The notes below the pieces were generated by a model, which saw only the letters and a list, made by a program, of their open reading frames with translations, had not been told where the DNA came from and did not search any database. From the NCBI GenBank assembly GCA_964500825.1, contig CAZCQN010000041.1, forward strand, positions 1-17,505: a DNA stretch of 17,505 nucleotides. Reading direction: 5' to 3'. Shown piece after piece: positions 14,534-17,505 of the stretch. Numbering within the stretch: the stretch's first letter is position 1; the number at the start of each line of letters is the position of its first letter. The stretch is from an uncultured Verrucomicrobiota bacterium. Lineage in GTDB: Bacteria; Auribacterota; JABMQX01; JAFGEW01. Made by a program: the position numbers and the translations under genes.

Positions 14534-16296
14534 GTCCAGACACCTCAGGCACGCAGCGGCGACGCCCGCGCGATCCACTCGACGAGGCGACGACGTTCGT
14601 CGAGGGGCGCCCCATCGCGCAGCCGTTCGAGGTGGGCGACACGATCTCGGACCGCTACGTGCTCCGGGCCGGGCTTGGCCGCGGCGGGATGGGCGTCGTG
14701 TTCCGCGCCGACGACCTGCTGCTGGGCGAGCCGGTGGCGATCAAGATGATGAGCCCCGCGCTGCTGACGAGCGAGACGCTGTCGCGACGCTTCTTCGAGG
14801 AGGCCCGCATCGCCCGCCGGCTCAACCACGACAACATCATCCGGATCAACGACGTCGGCGAAACCAACGGCGTCAAATACATCACGATGGAGTTCGTCGA
14901 TGGCGTCTCGCTGCGCGAGTGGATCCGGGCGCACGCGCCCACGCGCGCCGCCCCGGAGCACCTCGCCGACGCGCTGTTCATCGTCCGCCAGATTTGCTCG
15001 GGGCTGCGGTACGCGCACCGCCACACGCTGCACCGCGACCTCAAGCCTGAGAACGTGCTGCTGAGCAAGGACGGCCAGGTCAAGATCGCCGACTTCGGCA
15101 TCGCGCGACTCAAGGAGGGCGCCGACTACACCGTCTCCAAGGCGCGGTTCGGCACGATGTACTACATCGCGCCCGAGCGCGTCGCGGGAACAGGCGACGA
15201 CGCCCGGTCCGACCTGTACTCGCTCGGCGTCGTCTTCTACGAGATGCTCACCGCCCGGCTGCCCGTCGGCCTGTTCGCGATGCCGACGGCGCTCGATCCG
15301 AAGCTGCCGGCCGTCGTCGACGAGATCGTGGCCAAGCTGCTCGCGTTCGCGCCGCGCGACCGCTACGCGTCGGCCGCCGACGTGCTGCTCAACCTCGACC
15401 GGCTCAGCGGCCGACACGTATGGGGCGAGACGCCTGCACCCACCGCTAAGAGCGGGACCGCTGGAAGCGGGGCCGCCGCGGAGGCCAAGGACAAGGCGAA
15501 GATGAGCGCGCGTTCGAAGCGCAAAGCCGTCGTCAAAACCGCCTCGGCAGCCGCTCGTCCGAAGGCGCGTCAACTGGCGCCGCCGGGCATGGTCCTGATT
15601 CCGGGCGGCACGTTCCAGATGGGGAGCGAGACCGGCGACGAGGACGAACGGCCGGTCCACATCGTCAGCGTCAAGCCGTTCACCATGGATCAGGCTCCCG
15701 TGACGAACGCGCAGTTCTTCGAGTTCCTTCAGGCCCGGCCCGAGTGGCGCAAGGCAGCCGCCGACCGTGCGCGCACCGACCGCGACTACCTCGCGCTGTG
15801 GAGCTACAACACGTATCCGCCCGAGCTACGCGATCATCCCGTCGTCTTCGTGAGCTGGTATGCGGCCAAGGCGTACGCCGAGTGGCGCGGCTGCCGGCTG
15901 CCGACGGAGGCCGAGTGGGAGTACGCCGCGCGCGGCGGGCTCGAGCAGCGCGACTTCCCCTGGGGCGACTTGCCCGACGCCGACCGGGCGCATTTCCACT
16001 CGAGCCTCGGGACCGTGCCAGTCAAGACGTTCCCGCCGAACGGGCACGACCTGTTCGACATGGCTGGCAACGTCTGGGAGTGGTGCGAGGACTGGTACGA
16101 CGAGGGCTTCTACTGCGAGCTCCGGGACGGTGTCGAGAACCCGCTGTGCAGCAGCTCGGCCAGCGGCCTCAAGGTAATCCGGGGCGGGGCGTGGTGCTAC
16201 TACGCGTACGTGATGCGCTGCGCCTTCCGCAGCGGCTTCCCACCGCATGCGGCCGACATCAACGGTGGGTTCCGGTGCGCTCGCAGCCTCGCGTAA
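14530..16296 (+). CDS. Hanks-type Ser/Thr protein kinase fused to a C-terminal FGE-sulfatase (SUMF1/formylglycine-generating-enzyme-like) domain.
   Basis: The GTG start overlaps the upstream TGA as GTGA. Kinase motifs are GRGGMGVVFRA, VAIKMM, HRDLKPENVLL, DFGIA and APE. A Lys/Ala-rich linker follows. FGE-like motifs are GGTFQMGS, RPVHIVSV, VSWYAAKAYAEWRGCRLPTEAEWEYAARGG, GNVWEWCEDWY and IRGGAW. Confidence 0.9.
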   Translation: MSPDTSGTQRRRPRDPLDEATTFVEGRPIAQPFEVGDTISDRYVLRAGLGRGGMGVVFRADDLLLGEPVAIKMMSPALLTSETLSRRFFEEARIARRLNHDNIIRINDVGETNGVKYITMEFVDGVSLREWIRAHAPTRAAPEHLADALFIVRQICSGLRYAHRHTLHRDLKPENVLLSKDGQVKIADFGIARLKEGADYTVSKARFGTMYYIAPERVAGTGDDARSDLYSLGVVFYEMLTARLPVGLFAMPTALDPKLPAVVDEIVAKLLAFAPRDRYASAADVLLNLDRLSGRHVWGETPAPTAKSGTAGSGAAAEAKDKAKMSARSKRKAVVKTASAAARPKARQLAPPGMVLIPGGTFQMGSETGDEDERPVHIVSVKPFTMDQAPVTNAQFFEFLQARPEWRKAAADRARTDRDYLALWSYNTYPPELRDHPVVFVSWYAAKAYAEWRGCRLPTEAEWEYAARGGLEQRDFPWGDLPDADRAHFHSSLGTVPVKTFPPNGHDLFDMAGNVWEWCEDWYDEGFYCELRDGVENPLCSSSASGLKVIRGGAWCYYAYVMRCAFRSGFPPHAADINGGFRCARSLA

Positions 16297-16392
16297 TCGT
16301 CGGCCTCTGGGCAGTCCGGTACCCCACGCGTCCTACCATGACACTACGGTGGGGCGGGGCATCCTCGCGCCGCCGGGGCACGGGAACAGAGA

Positions 16393-16656
16393 TCAGGTCT
16401 GGATCGGCCCGGATCCGTTCGAGCCTTGCGGTTCTTGAGAGCTGCCGTTCTGGTCGGCGTTCCTCACGACGTTGGCCGCCTGCAAGCCGCGCGGGTCCTC
16501 GACGATGTCGAACTCGACCACCTCGCTGCGGCGAAGGGTCTTGAACCCCTCGCCCTGGATCGCCGAGTGGTGCACGAAGATCTCGCCGTGCGTGTCGTCG
16601 CGGATGAACCCGTATCCGAGCTTGCTGTCGAACCACTTGACGGTGCCTTGTGTCAT
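16393..16656 (-). CDS. Cold-shock protein of the CspA family, with a Gly/Ser/Gln-rich C-terminal tail of about 22 aa.
   Basis: MTQGTVKWFDSKLGYGFI...IFVHHSAI...GFKTL...VEFDIVEDPRGLQAANV. SD GAGGGGG lies about 9 nt upstream of ATG 16656. The ORF track starts 9 nt earlier, at a GTG. Confidence 0.85.
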   Translation of the reverse strand: MTQGTVKWFDSKLGYGFIRDDTHGEIFVHHSAIQGEGFKTLRRSEVVEFDIVEDPRGLQAANVVRNADQNGSSQEPQGSNGSGPIQT

Positions 16657-16782
16657 GGCTGGCACCCCCTCACTCTAAGATCATCCTCAGGTGCTTGGTC
16701 CACAGGTGCAAAAGTAGGGGGCAGGGGGTAAGGGCCCTGCTAGCGCTTACCGAAACCCGGAAAGCATCTCCCCGCAAGCAAA

Positions 16783-16810
16783 AAACGCTGTCGCAAAGCG
16801 TTTCTTTGTG
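16783..16810 (-). terminator. Candidate rho-independent terminator. Stem AAACGCT/AGCGTTT with a 7-nt loop, followed on the minus strand by T6. The A-tract and T-tract on either side mean it could act in both directions.
   Basis: Read from the sequence. It lies about 200 nt downstream of the DUF1559 gene stop and upstream of the csp promoter region. The stem is short, with 4 GC pairs. Confidence 0.35.
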
Positions 16811-17008
16811 CATTGCATCTCATACACCAGAAAAGGCGAATCGTCAAGAGGTGAGTACAATTTCGTACTCACTCGGTCAAGTCTCAGGCGTCGTGCGAGC
16901 TTTGGATATGTAATAGACTCTGAGGGAGAGTGCTACATAGACCAGTCAGCATGCCGATTGGAGGGCAATGCCGGCAATCGCCCTGCCGCGAGGCTTCGGG
17001 TGCTCCGC

Positions 17009-17505
17009 CTAGTTCTGGTTGAAGGCTTCGTACTCAGGGTGTTCAGGGGTTGGCAGAGGCCACTGGCTCTTGTTGACCCACTCGGTATGGGTATCCATAT
17101 AGCAGATGTTGCCGCCATCAATGTGGTTCGGCCCGCGTTGCGTCGGGGACGAGCCCAGGCCCTCGCCGACGCCGTCGTCGGCGACGACTTCTGTGTGGGT
17201 CTGGTCGGTTATCCTCCCCGTCAGGCCGCCCACGTAGCCGTAGCTCGAGTCTGTCGTGAGCGAGGTGTCGGTGTCCGATAGGCAGCTGAAGACCCTGATG
17301 TCGGACACGTAACTCGAGTAGAGCAGATCGAGATCCCAGTCGGTTCCGAGGTTGCTGCGGTAGGGCGGGTAGGTCTCCCGCCAGTCGTCGTGATACATGT
17401 AGAGGCCCAGGCCGATCTGCCGCAGGTTGCTCAGGCACGAGATGCGTCGTGCTCGTTCGCGCGCCGTGCTCAGCGCGGGCATGAGCATGGCGGCCAGGAT
17501 GCTGA
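17009..17505 (-). CDS. DUF1559-family protein with an N-terminal prepilin-type (type II secretion pseudopilin-like) cleavage/methylation helix. The N-terminus lies beyond the window end.
   Basis: The frame stays open to the window edge (...[37 protein letters not shown]). The C-terminal motif [19 protein letters not shown] matches the DUF1559 H..GG.N.LF.DG.V signature. This family is greatly expanded in Planctomycetota. Confidence 0.8.
   Translation of the reverse strand, partial: SILAAMLMPALSTARERARRISCLSNLRQIGLGLYMYHDDWRETYPPYRSNLGTDWDLDLLYSSYVSDIRVFSCLSDTDTSLTTDSSYGYVGGLTGRITDQTHTEVVADDGVGEGLGSSPTQRGPNHIDGGNICYMDTHTEWVNKSQWPLPTPEHPEYEAFNQN

Noticed and set aside
10113-14578. Minus-strand ORFs 10113-11102, 11205-13034 (609 aa), 13031-13957, 13138-13938, 14027-14578 and + ORF 10967-12463 (498 aa)
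   Set aside because: All overlap the coupled + strand operon, whose products carry zinc-ribbon, SPFH, FHA and kinase signatures. The antisense products are leucine-, arginine- and glutamate-rich (the mirror of a coiled coil) or arginine/glycine junk.
16297-16392. Possible convergent terminator between the kinase and csp (CCCCAC...GTGGGG at about 16322-16354)
   Set aside because: The stem is only 6 bp with a 21-nt loop, and there is no U-tract on either strand. This is not convincing as an intrinsic terminator.
14545-16544. ORFs 14545-15660 (-), 15744-16544 (+) and 15826-16248 (-)
   Set aside because: They overlap the Ser/Thr kinase-FGE gene in other frames or on the other strand and have no motifs. 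15744-16544 runs through the kinase 3' end and the csp antisense.
1-17505. tRNA/rRNA genes and CRISPR arrays
   Set aside because: I scanned for T-loop GTTCGAATC-type motifs, cloverleaf-sized GC-rich islands and regularly spaced short direct repeats, and found none. The only tandem repeat is the 159-bp coding duplication, which is far too long and protein-coding to be CRISPR.

Overview
This is a high-GC (~68-70%) bacterial chromosomal window with a Planctomycetota-like gene repertoire. The evidence for that is a DUF1559 prepilin-type gene at the 3' edge and a huge secreted TolB/FN3/TIGR03790-like protein at the 5' edge. Every prediction below comes from reading the sequence and the ORF track by eye. 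No database search was run.

Order of features along the window:
- 1-4256 (-): a giant, more than 1400 aa, secreted multidomain protein gene. Its stop codon lies beyond the window start. It is missing from the ORF track because it has no in-window stop. The long + strand ORFs 12-2408 and 2538-4355 are its in-register antisense shadows.
- The giant gene contains a recent in-frame 159-bp tandem duplication.
- 4559-6590 (+): a small Cys-rich protein gene that I recall as DUF3795-like, then punA and pyrF.
- An imperfect 22-bp-stem hairpin immediately follows pyrF.
- ~6800-7840: an IS630-family insertion sequence. Its transposase is split into two ORFs at an A AAA AAG slippery run (8 A's at 7279-7286), which looks like a programmed -1 frameshift. 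The 3' end of the transposase looks degenerate.
- 7746-8245: roughly 500 bp of structured non-coding DNA.
- 10135-8246 (-): a three-gene coupled operon. It encodes a small DUF3391-like protein, a Gfo/Idh/MocA oxidoreductase and a coiled-coil protein.
- 10386-16296 (+): a four-gene translationally coupled operon. This is the strongest candidate for an undescribed system. Its products are:
  1. an excisionase-type HTH, zinc-ribbon and unknown-domain protein;
  2. a double-zinc-ribbon, SPFH/band-7 and flotillin-like coiled-coil protein;
  3. a zinc-ribbon, Ig-like/degenerate-FHA and FHA protein;
  4. a Hanks Ser/Thr kinase fused to an FGE-sulfatase (SUMF1-like) domain.
- 16393-16656 (-): a CspA-family cold-shock gene.

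I found no tRNA, rRNA or CRISPR signatures.
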